Shown: positions 1-9,707 of the stretch, in pieces
Numbering within the stretch: the stretch's first letter is position 1
How the letters are laid out: each line of letters starts with the position of its first letter
Source of the DNA: Planctomycetota bacterium
Lineage (GTDB): Bacteria > Planctomycetota > UBA8108 > UBA1146
Length of the DNA stretch: 64,000 nucleotides
NCBI GenBank assembly: GCA_036338595.1
Contig: JAYZBV010000037.1
Coordinates: 71,550-135,549 of the forward strand
Reading direction: 5' to 3'
The notes under the pieces: model-generated
The model's input: the letters and a program-made list of their open reading frames with translations, nothing else
Told to the model about the DNA's origin: nothing
Database searches by the model: none
Position numbers and translations under genes: made by a program

Positions 1-208
1 CTGATCGTGATTCAACGTTTCCCGGCCTCTCTGGCCATCGTGGTTGTTATCGAAGAGCACACTTCAGAATTCCGCCCTGGATGCCGATTCAAAGGGTGGA
101 CCCTGTTACGAGATCGATCCGAGGTCATGGCCCCCCCCGGAGAAAGGATCATCGCCCTTGCAGTACACCCCCGTCAACTGCTCCCATGCATCGGGATGGC
201 GACTTCTT

Positions 209-1816
209 ATGCCCAGGATCGCCACCACCTGGGCATTGCTGCTGCTCATCTGCTCCACCTCACTGCCTGCCGATGAGGTGCAGTTGAAGAATGGCCACAT
301 GTTGCGGGGAAGGGTCGTTTCCGACGATGGCAAGCAGGTGCTACTGCAGGTTCCTGAGGGAAAGATGTGGATCCGCCGATCCCAGATCGAATCGATCCTG
401 CGGCTATCCTCCGGAAATTCGCTGATCGAGGAGTGCCACCGTCGCCTGGAGCGAGGCTCCCCCGGATCCGCACTTCCCTTCCTGCGTCGTGAGTTTCACA
501 CCTCACCCCACCGCGATGAAGTGCTTGGCATCTATCGCAACAGCCTGCTCGCAGAGGTGACCCTGCTACTCGATCGGGGAAAAGTGGACCCAGCGCTCTC
601 GCTCTGGAAGGAGTACTGTTCGCTTCCTGGGAGCAAACCTGAATCACTCCCGCTTCGATCCCGTATTTTTTCAGGCGAACAGTTGCTGGCCACTCTTGAA
701 GGACAGATTCACCGCTCGCTCGAGGCGAACAGACCCGATGATGCGCTGGATGGTATCGGACAGTTGCTCGATCGATTCCCGTCCGAGGCCTGGAAATGGT
801 CAGAAATCCGGATCGATGTGATGGTCGAGTCCGCTCGCAGATTGCATGACTCTGGCGATCTATCCGCAGCGGCTCCGATGCTGGTGGAAGCGACCATCTT
901 GCGTCCTCAATTGATCTCGAGGGTACGTAGCGCCATGGCACACTGTGCATCCAACGGTTTCGGCCTCTCCCTCGAAGAAGCTCTGGAACTCGATCCCGAT
1001 GAGCCCGCCCTGCACCTCGCCGCTGCTCAGGACGCTCGCCTCCGTGGATTCATTTTCCTTCAATCGAAGCACCTCACTCGCGTGCGAGAACTGGTCGGAA
1101 ACGAGATCGTGCCGAGCAGGATCGAACAAGAATTGCGGCAGCGGGCGAGCCAGGAACTCGCCGGGATGCCTGCGCAGAATCCGTCCGTTCAGCAGTTGCT
1201 CGAGAGAACCAAACAGCAGCTCTGGAAGCGATGGAGACTGCCACACTCTCCACCCACCACAACTCCCGTTCGCATCCATGAAGATGTCGAATCGATGCGT
1301 GAAACGCTGGGCCTCGACTGCGGACCAGCGATCCTGATCAGCCAGATGCAATATGGCCGAATCCTCTCCGAAACGCTTCATCTGGCGCCAGAAACACCTT
1401 TCCTGGATCAGGACGCGCTGCCACGTGAACTGATGCGCAGATATCTTCCCCTGATCCTGGGCCAACCTCGTGACCTCCCTCCCTGGCTGGAGGAAGGACT
1501 CTGTTCCATCTCCAGGGGAAGCCTGGCTCTGGCCCGAGACCGGATGTTGCTCTCCCGGGCCAGTGCACTCGAAACACTTCCAGATCTCTCACAGTTGACC
1601 TCGATGCCGGGCAGCATCGATGACGAGGTCTTCCGAGCAGCATGCGGGTCGTTGGTGGCCTGGATCATTGAAGATGTGCCCCTGGTGCTGCTTCCTGACC
1701 TTCTCGACCTGCTGGCGACAACCGAACTGGAGCATTGCTTGAGCAAGGTCACCGGGGCCGATACCTTGCTCGAACTGCAACAGGCCTGGATCCGGAGGCT
1801 AGACTCCGGTTCCTGA
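209..1816 (+). CDS. Secreted protein: N-terminal D-x-V-x-LKNG beta domain, helical/TPR-like middle, C-terminal peptidase-MA-like domain (degenerate)
   Basis: ORF 44..1816. ATG 209 gives a signal peptide (MPRIATTWALLLLICSTSLPA) followed by DEVQLKNGHMLRGRVV. The C-terminal LPRELMRR...LPPWLEEGL resembles the HExxH...PxWxxEG gluzincin pattern. Confidence 0.55.
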   Translation: MPRIATTWALLLLICSTSLPADEVQLKNGHMLRGRVVSDDGKQVLLQVPEGKMWIRRSQIESILRLSSGNSLIEECHRRLERGSPGSALPFLRREFHTSPHRDEVLGIYRNSLLAEVTLLLDRGKVDPALSLWKEYCSLPGSKPESLPLRSRIFSGEQLLATLEGQIHRSLEANRPDDALDGIGQLLDRFPSEAWKWSEIRIDVMVESARRLHDSGDLSAAAPMLVEATILRPQLISRVRSAMAHCASNGFGLSLEEALELDPDEPALHLAAAQDARLRGFIFLQSKHLTRVRELVGNEIVPSRIEQELRQRASQELAGMPAQNPSVQQLLERTKQQLWKRWRLPHSPPTTTPVRIHEDVESMRETLGLDCGPAILISQMQYGRILSETLHLAPETPFLDQDALPRELMRRYLPLILGQPRDLPPWLEEGLCSISRGSLALARDRMLLSRASALETLPDLSQLTSMPGSIDDEVFRAACGSLVAWIIEDVPLVLLPDLLDLLATTELEHCLSKVTGADTLLELQQAWIRRLDSGS

Positions 1817-1843
1817 TGGGCAGCAATTCGATGGGGAGTCGGG

Positions 1844-2638
1844 ATGTTCGAGCACTTCAGGCAGGGCTTTGGGCGGCTCCGCAACCGGGTGGCAGGTTCC
1901 GTTGCCACCTCCGGTGCGGCTGCCACGAGGCCTGCGCAGGAGGGTCCTCACCGCAGAAAAGATGAGCTGCTACAGAACGCTGCCATCGGATCCGTGCTGT
2001 TGCACCTGATGGCCCTGCTACTGATTCCATCTCCTGGAGCATCTTCACAGAGTACTCCTCAACCGCGGATCACTCTTCACACATCGGTTTCCGAATTGCC
2101 TGATCCAGCCCCCCCGGCCGAGTCCATCGAAGGCGCCAAACACGTGCCAGAAGAGCCCGAGAATCTGACCGACCCCGAGCAATATCAGAGGACCGAGCTC
2201 CCCACCCCCGCTGCTGAAGAAGTTGCGGAAATGGCGATCCCATCCCCTGGAGCCGCCGATCCCGAGGCCACCGCTGACCTCGACGGTAGCCGCGTCACAT
2301 CCTTGCTGCAGGAGACCAGAGATGCGCTCGCCAGGGATCAGACCAGAGAGCGCTGGTTGATGCTCGAAGTGCGAGAAAAAATCAGGGCAAATCTAGCTCA
2401 ACTGCAACAGAAGGAAACAAGGATCACCGTGGGACCGGGCGAGGCCAGTTGCCTGCTCGGATTTTTCATCGATGCCGATGGATGGATCTTTGACATCAGT
2501 TTGCGTCCTGCACCTGGAATCCAGATCGATGCCATCGCGATTCGTGATGCCATCGCCATCTTGAACCCGCTCACCCCTCCTCCAGCGGTGATCACTCCCC
2601 CCATCCGACTCCACCTGCGGGTGGACTTTCTGGAGTGA
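1844..2638 (+). CDS. TonB/TolA-like energy-transducer family membrane protein
   Basis: TM helix with SxxxH (IGSVLLHLMALLL), Pro/Glu-rich linker, and C-terminal FFIDADGWI...AIAILNPLTPPP resembling TonB_C/TolA_C. Confidence 0.55.
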   Translation: MFEHFRQGFGRLRNRVAGSVATSGAAATRPAQEGPHRRKDELLQNAAIGSVLLHLMALLLIPSPGASSQSTPQPRITLHTSVSELPDPAPPAESIEGAKHVPEEPENLTDPEQYQRTELPTPAAEEVAEMAIPSPGAADPEATADLDGSRVTSLLQETRDALARDQTRERWLMLEVREKIRANLAQLQQKETRITVGPGEASCLLGFFIDADGWIFDISLRPAPGIQIDAIAIRDAIAILNPLTPPPAVITPPIRLHLRVDFLE

Positions 2639-4017
2639 AGATGGCGAGTTCACTTCCTGCCACCGTGTCCGGATTCATGACCCGGGTCGTTCCTGCGCAT
2701 TTGAAGCGCTACGTAGTCGCCCTCTCGGGAGGAGCGGACTCCGTCGCCCTGCTCTCTCTATGCAGGCGCTGGTCGCAGGCTCAGGAGAACCGACCGGAGT
2801 GTGAGGCACTTCATGTTCACCATGGACTGCGTGGGGAGGAGGCGGACCGCGATGCCAGGCACTGCGCCCGGATCTGCTCTCAACTACAGGTTGCGCTTCA
2901 TGTCGTATCGGAACCGATCGAGTTGGCGGCCAGTTGTCCCGGAGTGTCGATCGAAACCGCCGGAAGAGACGCTCGAAGAAGGCGCTTCGCTGAGGTGTGT
3001 CGGTCCAGATCCACTTCGCTGCTACTGACCGGTCACCACGGAGACGATCAAGCGGAGACGGTGCTTGGCAACCTGCTTCGGGGTTGTGGGCTGCGAGGGC
3101 TTCGCGCAATGGAAGGCGTTTCACACATCGATTCGAGCCAGCTCACCATCGCGAGGCCGCTCCTCACCAGTTTCAGATCTGAAATCGAGGAGTACCTGCT
3201 GGAAGTGGGGCTCGAGGGGATCGAGGACCTCAGCAATCGCTCCAGAGATCACCGCCGGAACAGGATTCGCATCGACCTGCTCCCGATGTTGAAGGGAGAG
3301 TCCCCGGAGGTCGTCTCTCACCTGCTCGCACTCTCGGACGAGGCCAAATCGCGCTGGAATGTCGTGCGAGGAAGAATTGACTCCGCTCTGCAGTGTGCAC
3401 ACCTCTCCGGTTCGAGGATTTCACTTCCTCCCGAATGCTGGCAATTCGTGGCGGGACCCGAGATCGGAGACCTGCTGCGCCAGGCTGTACATCTCGCTAC
3501 AGGCGAGGAAGGCGGCCTGAACCGTGAACACCTCACCTCGCTGGAGAGGCTCGCGACCGGGACATCGCGCTCCGCCTCGCTCGATCTTCCAGGTCAAAGG
3601 AGAGCCATTCGATGCGGAGGCTGGCTTCACATCGGACCCATCCCCGAGGTTCAGCCTGCCGCTGAGCCGATCCGGATTCAGATGGAGCCGGGATCGCACA
3701 GAGTGCTGCAGGGCATCGAATGGACATCACTCGTCGACCACCCACTGACGATCCGCACTCTATATCCGGGAGAAAGGTGCCCAGGACGACAGGCTACCAT
3801 CGAAGAGGAGTTGCGAATTCGTGGAGTGCCACCGGGGCCCCGAAAGGAGTGGCCACTGGTGGTCGATCAGGCAGATTCAGTGTGCTGGTTTGCAGGAGAG
3901 GCCGACGAGGGCCCTGACCGAGCACGTGCGCCGGTGGCACTGCAGGTCGCAGTGCCGGATCCGCAACAGGAACTGTCGTACCACCTACTGCGGATACTGG
4001 CACGATCCGGGCGTTGA
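2635..4017 (+). CDS. tilS: tRNA(Ile)-lysidine synthase
   Basis: PP-loop VALSGGADS, HVHHGLRG, GHHGDDQAETVL, RNRIR. Start is GTG 2635 or ATG 2641. Confidence 0.93.
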   Translation: MKMASSLPATVSGFMTRVVPAHLKRYVVALSGGADSVALLSLCRRWSQAQENRPECEALHVHHGLRGEEADRDARHCARICSQLQVALHVVSEPIELAASCPGVSIETAGRDARRRRFAEVCRSRSTSLLLTGHHGDDQAETVLGNLLRGCGLRGLRAMEGVSHIDSSQLTIARPLLTSFRSEIEEYLLEVGLEGIEDLSNRSRDHRRNRIRIDLLPMLKGESPEVVSHLLALSDEAKSRWNVVRGRIDSALQCAHLSGSRISLPPECWQFVAGPEIGDLLRQAVHLATGEEGGLNREHLTSLERLATGTSRSASLDLPGQRRAIRCGGWLHIGPIPEVQPAAEPIRIQMEPGSHRVLQGIEWTSLVDHPLTIRTLYPGERCPGRQATIEEELRIRGVPPGPRKEWPLVVDQADSVCWFAGEADEGPDRARAPVALQVAVPDPQQELSYHLLRILARSGR

Positions 4018-4085
4018 ATGACGCAGTCGATCGGCAGGTTCAGTCCAGATTCACGATGGCGGGCAACCGACTGCGGCAGATCGGA

Positions 4086-5309
4086 TCATCGCTGCTTCGA
4101 GATGCATTGGACCAGGCCCGTGCCATCGACAACGGCTATCACCGTCTCTGACAGCATCAACACACCAACGGTGCCGGAACAGTCAAGGGTCCATCTTGGC
4201 GAACCATCCTCAGCATCCAGTGAGTTTAATTTCCCACTGGTATCGGTCGTCCAGATTTCATCGCTGGTCGCAGATACGATTCTGGAAAATCCATCCTGGC
4301 GCCACTTCTCGCTGCCGTCGGCGATATCGAGGCATGCGAGAACCTGCTCGGGCGCATCGCTGATTCGGTCATCTCGCAGTGTCACGAAGATCGAATTTCC
4401 TGCGAGTACTGGACTGCTGAGAACAGGCAGACCGAGTGAGGCTTGCCAGTTGAGATACGACTCTTCGCCCACATCCGAGAGGCAGTACAACTTGGTGTCA
4501 CGGGAACCGACGTAAACTCGATCCGCGGATACGGTAGGCGATGTTTCGATGGAAGAGAGTGTCTTGAAGGTCCAACTATCGCCCTTGGAATATCCTGCGC
4601 CCTGTTTGACGCAGTAAACCGCTCCGTCCTCACTGCTGACATAACTGCGCCCGGCAACGTTGGTCGGAGTCGCAGTGATCCCTCCGGCTGTGAGATAGGT
4701 CCACTTGACGAACCGGTCCTTCTTGGAGACTCCGTAGATGCGCATATCGTAGCCACCGACAACAAGGTACTCGATGCCAGGTGCCACTGAAGTAGAGATG
4801 GGGAAGTTGCAGCGGATTCGATAGCTCCTGGCTCCATATAAATCATCGATGCAGTGAATCATTCCCCGCTCAACAATGAACAACTCATCCGGATTCTCAT
4901 TGCGAATCTCTTCCGGGTAAACATACACGGAGGGAGCGAAGTCTAGCGGCACCTGCAAGGGGTAGGTCCACTGCGGTAATCCAGATTCACCGCTCACCTT
5001 GATGAGCACGTGGTCGTTCGATTTGCTGGAGGAGACGAGGTAAAGGTTGCCATTGGCCTCGAAGGCCTGCTGAATCCTGCCCGGGTGATGGTAGGACCAA
5101 TCGATGTTCAGGCCCATCGGTGCGACCTGATGGTCGCTGAATCCCTCACCTCCACGCGAGGAGGTGACATTGACGGGATTGCTGGCAACGGCTTCAGAAT
5201 CTGGAGTCGTATCAGTTCTGTAGAATGATCCTGAACCACAGCCGATGAGAAGTGCCATCGATGTCAGGATGATGCTGGCCTGCAAGGCCAGGGATGCTCT
5301 CGAGTTCAT
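4086..5309 (-). CDS. PQQ-like beta-propeller lipoprotein (BamB-like fold)
   Basis: Lipobox LLIGC; repeated blades such as VYVGSRDTKLYCL, YVSSEDGAVYCV, LDIADGSEKW, LDAEDGSPRW. Confidence 0.8.
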   Translation of the reverse strand: MNSRASLALQASIILTSMALLIGCGSGSFYRTDTTPDSEAVASNPVNVTSSRGGEGFSDHQVAPMGLNIDWSYHHPGRIQQAFEANGNLYLVSSSKSNDHVLIKVSGESGLPQWTYPLQVPLDFAPSVYVYPEEIRNENPDELFIVERGMIHCIDDLYGARSYRIRCNFPISTSVAPGIEYLVVGGYDMRIYGVSKKDRFVKWTYLTAGGITATPTNVAGRSYVSSEDGAVYCVKQGAGYSKGDSWTFKTLSSIETSPTVSADRVYVGSRDTKLYCLSDVGEESYLNWQASLGLPVLSSPVLAGNSIFVTLRDDRISDAPEQVLACLDIADGSEKWRQDGFSRIVSATSDEIWTTDTSGKLNSLDAEDGSPRWTLDCSGTVGVLMLSETVIAVVDGTGLVQCISKQR

Positions 5310-5371
5310 TCGCTCGGTACTCCCGTTCCAGAACCTCGAAATCTCACCGGAGTGATCTTCAAGGCTCCTGT

Positions 5372-5653
5372 CTATTGTTCATCCTCGAGGTATTCCCCGA
5401 GGTCGATATCATGCTGTCTCTCGTAATCGATCAACTTCTGTATCCTGAGGATATCCGCTTCGATCGTCTCCGAGAGTTCAAACAGGTGAGGCTTTTTCTT
5501 GAGACGTGCCTCAAGATCAACCGTCATTTCTTTCCACGATCCCTCGTATAGTTCTTCTCGCAGCACGAGCAGCGTTCGCTCCTGCCGAGACAGCCGCTGC
5601 AGAAATTCGCGATGGTCCGCGGTCACTGCGGCTCTCCCCCTGTCGTAACCCAT
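5372..5653 (-). CDS. Small helical hypothetical protein
   Basis: 93-aa ORF with normal composition, co-oriented between two genes with short gaps. Confidence 0.7.
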   Translation of the reverse strand: MGYDRGRAAVTADHREFLQRLSRQERTLLVLREELYEGSWKEMTVDLEARLKKKPHLFELSETIEADILRIQKLIDYERQHDIDLGEYLEDEQ

Positions 5654-5666
5654 CGGTGCCAGATCC

Positions 5667-6392
5667 TCAGGATCCGGAGAATTCGTGGGTCACATCGACC
5701 CATTTCTTCTTTTCAAACTGGAAGGAGTCCATCGAGGTGAAGAACTCGTCTCCTGGACGATGGAACTCCAGCCGCATCACCCGCTCGGTCAGCCTGACAC
5801 CGTTGTTCGGTAATTCCTCGACCTGAATATCGTCGATCAGCCCATGGACATCGATGATGATTCGATCCGCTTCCGGATCGATGGCATTGAAGATAGCAAC
5901 ACATTCACGTTTATCGCCTGCGGCAAAATCGATTCCCAGTTCTCCAGCACCATTTTTCTTGAGCATGTCAACCCGTGAGAAGAGTCGCTTACGCTCACGA
6001 CGCTCGACTGCTTTTTCTACCCAAGGAAGGGCAATGTCAGTGTAGCGATGGTTCTTGTCGGAACTGGCCATCATGCCGAGATGGAAGGTCGAGTCGATAC
6101 CGCTCTTGTTCTCGATGGTGTAGGGCAGATACCAGTAGGTCCGTCCGCTCGCTGGAACTCCATCCGGGCGAAGATCGTTTCCCTTGCCGCCAAAGATGGT
6201 GATCTGACGAGGCCGCTCGAACTTCAATTCGAGTCGGGCAATCCCCGGATCGTCCTGAGCATCGAGTGAAAATACACCACCCGAGAACCCGGCCAGAATC
6301 ATCACCATCAACAGTGCCAGTCCGGGTCTTGCCCAGCTACCTGGAATTGAAATCACTCGTGAATGTGTCTTCAGCACAGTGGCGTCGATCAT
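5667..6392 (-). CDS. Exported hypothetical protein (beta-rich)
   Basis: Hydrophobic N-terminal segment (LALLMVMILAGF) and YWYLPYTIEN motif; start uncertain. Confidence 0.7.
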   Translation of the reverse strand: MIDATVLKTHSRVISIPGSWARPGLALLMVMILAGFSGGVFSLDAQDDPGIARLELKFERPRQITIFGGKGNDLRPDGVPASGRTYWYLPYTIENKSGIDSTFHLGMMASSDKNHRYTDIALPWVEKAVERRERKRLFSRVDMLKKNGAGELGIDFAAGDKRECVAIFNAIDPEADRIIIDVHGLIDDIQVEELPNNGVRLTERVMRLEFHRPGDEFFTSMDSFQFEKKKWVDVTHEFSGS

Positions 6393-6761
6393 GCTAATGC
6401 CTCCCCGAGAGAGCCAATGATGCCAGGTCCATTTCTGGACCCATCGGCTCCCGATTGCTTTCCTGGCTCGACCGAAATCGAGTTCTTTCCGAGGTATTTC
6501 CGACCAGCAATTCTGGACCCCAGCAACGGGATCCGATCGATGGCGTGGAAGGAAGGATCATAGCAACCGAACATCCTGGGTGTCAACGGACCCGAAGGCT
6601 GGCAAATCGATTCCGTTGCCCTTATCATGTCTTTCCGGGGCACCCCAGAGCCCTGGAGGATCTCGACGGATCCGGTGGCCATCCTGCCCAGGGAGTCTTC
6701 CGGCGAGTACCTCCAGAATCCCAGCAGGATCCCATGCCCCACCCGGAAGGAGATATCAGAT

Positions 6762-7379
6762 ATGAGATACCAGGCTTCTCACGAGAAGACCTCTGACATT
6801 CGCGAAAGATCGGACGGGTTCACCCTGGTGGAACTGCTCGTCGTGATCGCGATCATCGGCACATTGGCTGCAATGTTCTCGGGGAACATCCTCAGTGCGC
6901 TCAGAAAAGGCGACGAGGTCAGTTGCACCAATAACCTGAGGAACATGGGACAAGCAGCGATTGCTTACGCACTGGATAGGAACTTCTTCCCGGTAGCAAA
7001 AGGCAAGAATCCTCCTGCCTACGAGTCGCTCAATGTTCTCCTTTCTTCATCCGAGGGATCAGACCTCAGTCCCGATGTCTTCGTCTGCCCGGCGTCCACC
7101 GAGGAAAGAGCAGAGAAAGATGACAGGAATAAGTTTGTCCTCGATGAAATGACAAACTCATACGCCTGGCTCGGAAAAAAGACCAAGGCGTCCACCAGCG
7201 CATCGACTGCTCTCGGGGCCGATGATTCCATCGGCGACAAGGAGAATGGCATCGATGAGAACCACGAAGCCTTCCTCATGGTCGTATACGCAGGTGGTGA
7301 TGTGCAGAAGGTGCCCGTGGAGGAAATGCGCGAAGGCAAGGTACTTCCTGGATCGCTGGTCGATCAGGGTGGCGAGTAA
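6762..7379 (+). CDS. Prepilin-type N-terminal cleavage/methylation domain protein (type IV pilin/pseudopilin-like)
   Basis: G|FTLVELLVVIAIIGTLAAM class III signal; SCTNNLRNMGQA and FVCPAS motifs; AAGGAG RBS upstream of ATG 6762. Confidence 0.9.
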   Translation: MRYQASHEKTSDIRERSDGFTLVELLVVIAIIGTLAAMFSGNILSALRKGDEVSCTNNLRNMGQAAIAYALDRNFFPVAKGKNPPAYESLNVLLSSSEGSDLSPDVFVCPASTEERAEKDDRNKFVLDEMTNSYAWLGKKTKASTSASTALGADDSIGDKENGIDENHEAFLMVVYAGGDVQKVPVEEMREGKVLPGSLVDQGGE

Positions 7380-7411
7380 CCACGGTTTCGAGGTAACTTC
7401 GCATCAACGAG

Positions 7412-7455
7412 CAACAGGTGTCAGGGATTCATCCCTGACACCTGTTGTTTTTTTT
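7412..7455 (+). terminator. Rho-independent terminator (possibly bidirectional)
   Basis: Perfect inverted repeat caacaggtgtcagggat / atccctgacacctgttg followed by a T8 run, between convergent genes. Confidence 0.9.
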
Positions 7456-7497
7456 GCCATCGCGTAGCTGACAGGCCATCTGCGTTTCACTTCTTCA

Positions 7498-7695
7498 TCA
7501 GTCAGTCTCTGCTGGCAGCCCATCCGGAAAGTCATCGGATTCCAGCGGTCGCTGGCCAATCTTGTACTGATTTCTTAGCCAACCGCCAAGATCCCGATCC
7601 CGGCAACTGTCACTACAAAAGGGAAAGCAGCGAGATCCCTTCTCCACTGGAGAGTTTGGATCCTTGCATACGAGGCAAAGCAATTTGCGTTTCAA
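7498..7695 (-). CDS. yacG: DNA gyrase inhibitor YacG (DUF329)
   Basis: CLVC...FPFCSDSCRDRDLGGWL...YKI; TTG start overlaps the upstream stop. Confidence 0.88.
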   Translation of the reverse strand: MKRKLLCLVCKDPNSPVEKGSRCFPFCSDSCRDRDLGGWLRNQYKIGQRPLESDDFPDGLPAETD

Positions 7696-7997
7696 GATGA
7701 TGATCCATCTTTGCTCTTCGGCTTCGACGAACTGTCGCCGTCGGTCTTTTCCTTCTTGGGAGACTCCTTCGATGCCGCTCCCGACTCTTCCTTTTGCCGT
7801 TTCTTGTAATCAGAACTGCGGTAGTCAGTCTCGTAAAATCCACTGCCTTTGAAAAGGATGCCGCCTCCGGCTCCGATGAGGCGCTTGAGCTTTTTTTCTC
7901 CGCACTCGGAACAGGTGCGCTTCAACTTCTCATCTACTTTTTGAAACAGTTCAAAACGGTGATCGCAATGCTCGCACAGATAATCGTAGGTTGGCAT
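7692..7997 (-). CDS. FmdB-family zinc-ribbon protein
   Basis: MPTYDYLCEHCDHRFE...CSECG...FKGSGFYETDY. Confidence 0.92.
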   Translation of the reverse strand: MPTYDYLCEHCDHRFELFQKVDEKLKRTCSECGEKKLKRLIGAGGGILFKGSGFYETDYRSSDYKKRQKEESGAASKESPKKEKTDGDSSSKPKSKDGSSS

Positions 7998-7998
7998 C

Positions 7999-8559
7999 TC
8001 ACGCCTCCTCGGAAGCGGGTTCTTTGCGAGCCACGATGACTCGGGCTGCTCGAATCAGATGATCTCCGCAGCGATATCCCTTCTCGATCTCCTCGACAAT
8101 CTCGCCATTACGAGCATCCGGTTGATCGACCTGTAGCATCGCCTCATGGATCTCAGGATCGAAATCTTCCCCGACCGTTGCGACCGACTCGATGCCCAGT
8201 TCCAGCAATATCTTGTCGATCTTTCCCGAGATCAGTTTCAAACCATCGCGAACTCCATCGACACCCTCTGGCTCGGAGGAGTCCACTTTCAGAGCCGCCC
8301 ACAGGCCGTCCAGCACCGGGAGGAATGTCCTGAATACATCCGAGATGGCTCGCTTTCTCGACACGGCTCGCTCTTCAAGAGTCCTGCGTCGAAAGTTCTC
8401 GAGATCCGCCCTGGATCTTTGCAGTTGCTGGACGAGGAACTCCTGGTCCTCACCACCCGATTCGTCAGCAGTCTCCTCATCTGCAGAGTCCGAGGAGACG
8501 TCTGGCCGTTTCTCTTCCTCATCTTGAGGGATCGACTGATCTTGATCTTCGCAGTTCAT
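7999..8559 (-). CDS. grpE: Nucleotide exchange factor GrpE
   Basis: RADLENFRRR, FDPEIHEAM, KGYRCGDHLIRAARVIV. Confidence 0.95.
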   Translation of the reverse strand: MNCEDQDQSIPQDEEEKRPDVSSDSADEETADESGGEDQEFLVQQLQRSRADLENFRRRTLEERAVSRKRAISDVFRTFLPVLDGLWAALKVDSSEPEGVDGVRDGLKLISGKIDKILLELGIESVATVGEDFDPEIHEAMLQVDQPDARNGEIVEEIEKGYRCGDHLIRAARVIVARKEPASEEA

Positions 8560-8571
8560 CGAGACCTCTTC

Positions 8572-9696
8572 CTAACCAAAGTATTCCTTGAATCTCTCGA
8601 GAAACCCTCGCCTGCGGGTTCCCACTTCCGTTTCCTCGATCTCGGCGAGACGCAGTAGCAACTCTTCCTCCTCCGGGCCGAGTTTACTCGGGACCTCGAT
8701 GGTAGTCTCGACCAGTTGGTCACCCTTGCGACTGGACCCAACCGAGCGGAATCCCATCTTCCTCATCCTGAGAATATCGCCACTGTGCGTACCAGGAGGG
8801 ATGGTGAGCACCGCCTTGCCGTCGAGGGTCGGCACCTCGACCTCGCAACCGAGGGCAGCCTGGGAGTACGAGATCGGAAGTTCAAAGCAGACATGGTCAC
8901 TCACGCGCCGAAAGAAGGCGTGTCGGTGATAGCCGATGACAACCTGCAGATCCCCTGCTTGAGCTCCTTGAGGACCTTCATTGCCGCGACCGGCAACTCT
9001 CAGGATCATTCCATCCTCGACACCGGCCGGAACTTCTACCTCGATCGATTCTGCCTTCTCTACCAGCCCTGATCGATGACAATCAGTACAGGGATCCTCG
9101 ATGATTTCTCCTCTGCCAGAACAAGCGGGACAGGGAGTTCTTACGCTGAAGAAGCCCTGCGAGCGAAGTACCTGGCCAGCTCCCGAGCAGGTACCACAGC
9201 GAATCGGTTGGCTGCCACGGCTCGCACCGGATCCCGAACAAGATTTGCAACTGACCATCCTTCTCAATTCGATGGTCCTGCGAATCCCGGTGGCGGCTTC
9301 CTCGAGGGTCAGCTGGAGATGAGCTCGAAGGCTCTCTCCCCTTCGGATCCGGCTTCGACCGCCACCGAAGAGATCGCCAAAGATGCCACCGCCTCCACCA
9401 CCACTGAAGATGTCGCCAAAGACACGGAAGATGTCCTCGACATCGGAGAAGCCAGCGCCCTGTCCGATTCCAGACAGGCCGTCGTGACCATGCGCATCGT
9501 AGATACGCCGCTTCTCGGCATCTCTGAGTACGTCGTAGGCTTCAGCAGCCTCCTTGAACTTGCGTTCAGCATCGGAATCTCCGGGGTTCTTGTCTGGATG
9601 ATGCTTGAGGGCCAGCTTGCGGTAGGCCTTCTTGATCACATCATCCGAGGCATCCCGGGTTACCCCCAGGACATCGTAGTAATCCCTCGCTGACAT
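8572..9696 (-). CDS. dnaJ: Chaperone DnaJ
   Basis: J-domain with HPD, G/F-rich region, four CxxCxGxG-type repeats, C-terminal domain. Confidence 0.97.
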   Translation of the reverse strand: MSARDYYDVLGVTRDASDDVIKKAYRKLALKHHPDKNPGDSDAERKFKEAAEAYDVLRDAEKRRIYDAHGHDGLSGIGQGAGFSDVEDIFRVFGDIFSGGGGGGIFGDLFGGGRSRIRRGESLRAHLQLTLEEAATGIRRTIELRRMVSCKSCSGSGASRGSQPIRCGTCSGAGQVLRSQGFFSVRTPCPACSGRGEIIEDPCTDCHRSGLVEKAESIEVEVPAGVEDGMILRVAGRGNEGPQGAQAGDLQVVIGYHRHAFFRRVSDHVCFELPISYSQAALGCEVEVPTLDGKAVLTIPPGTHSGDILRMRKMGFRSVGSSRKGDQLVETTIEVPSKLGPEEEELLLRLAEIEETEVGTRRRGFLERFKEYFG

Positions 9697-9707
9697 CCGT
9701 TTCTCCC

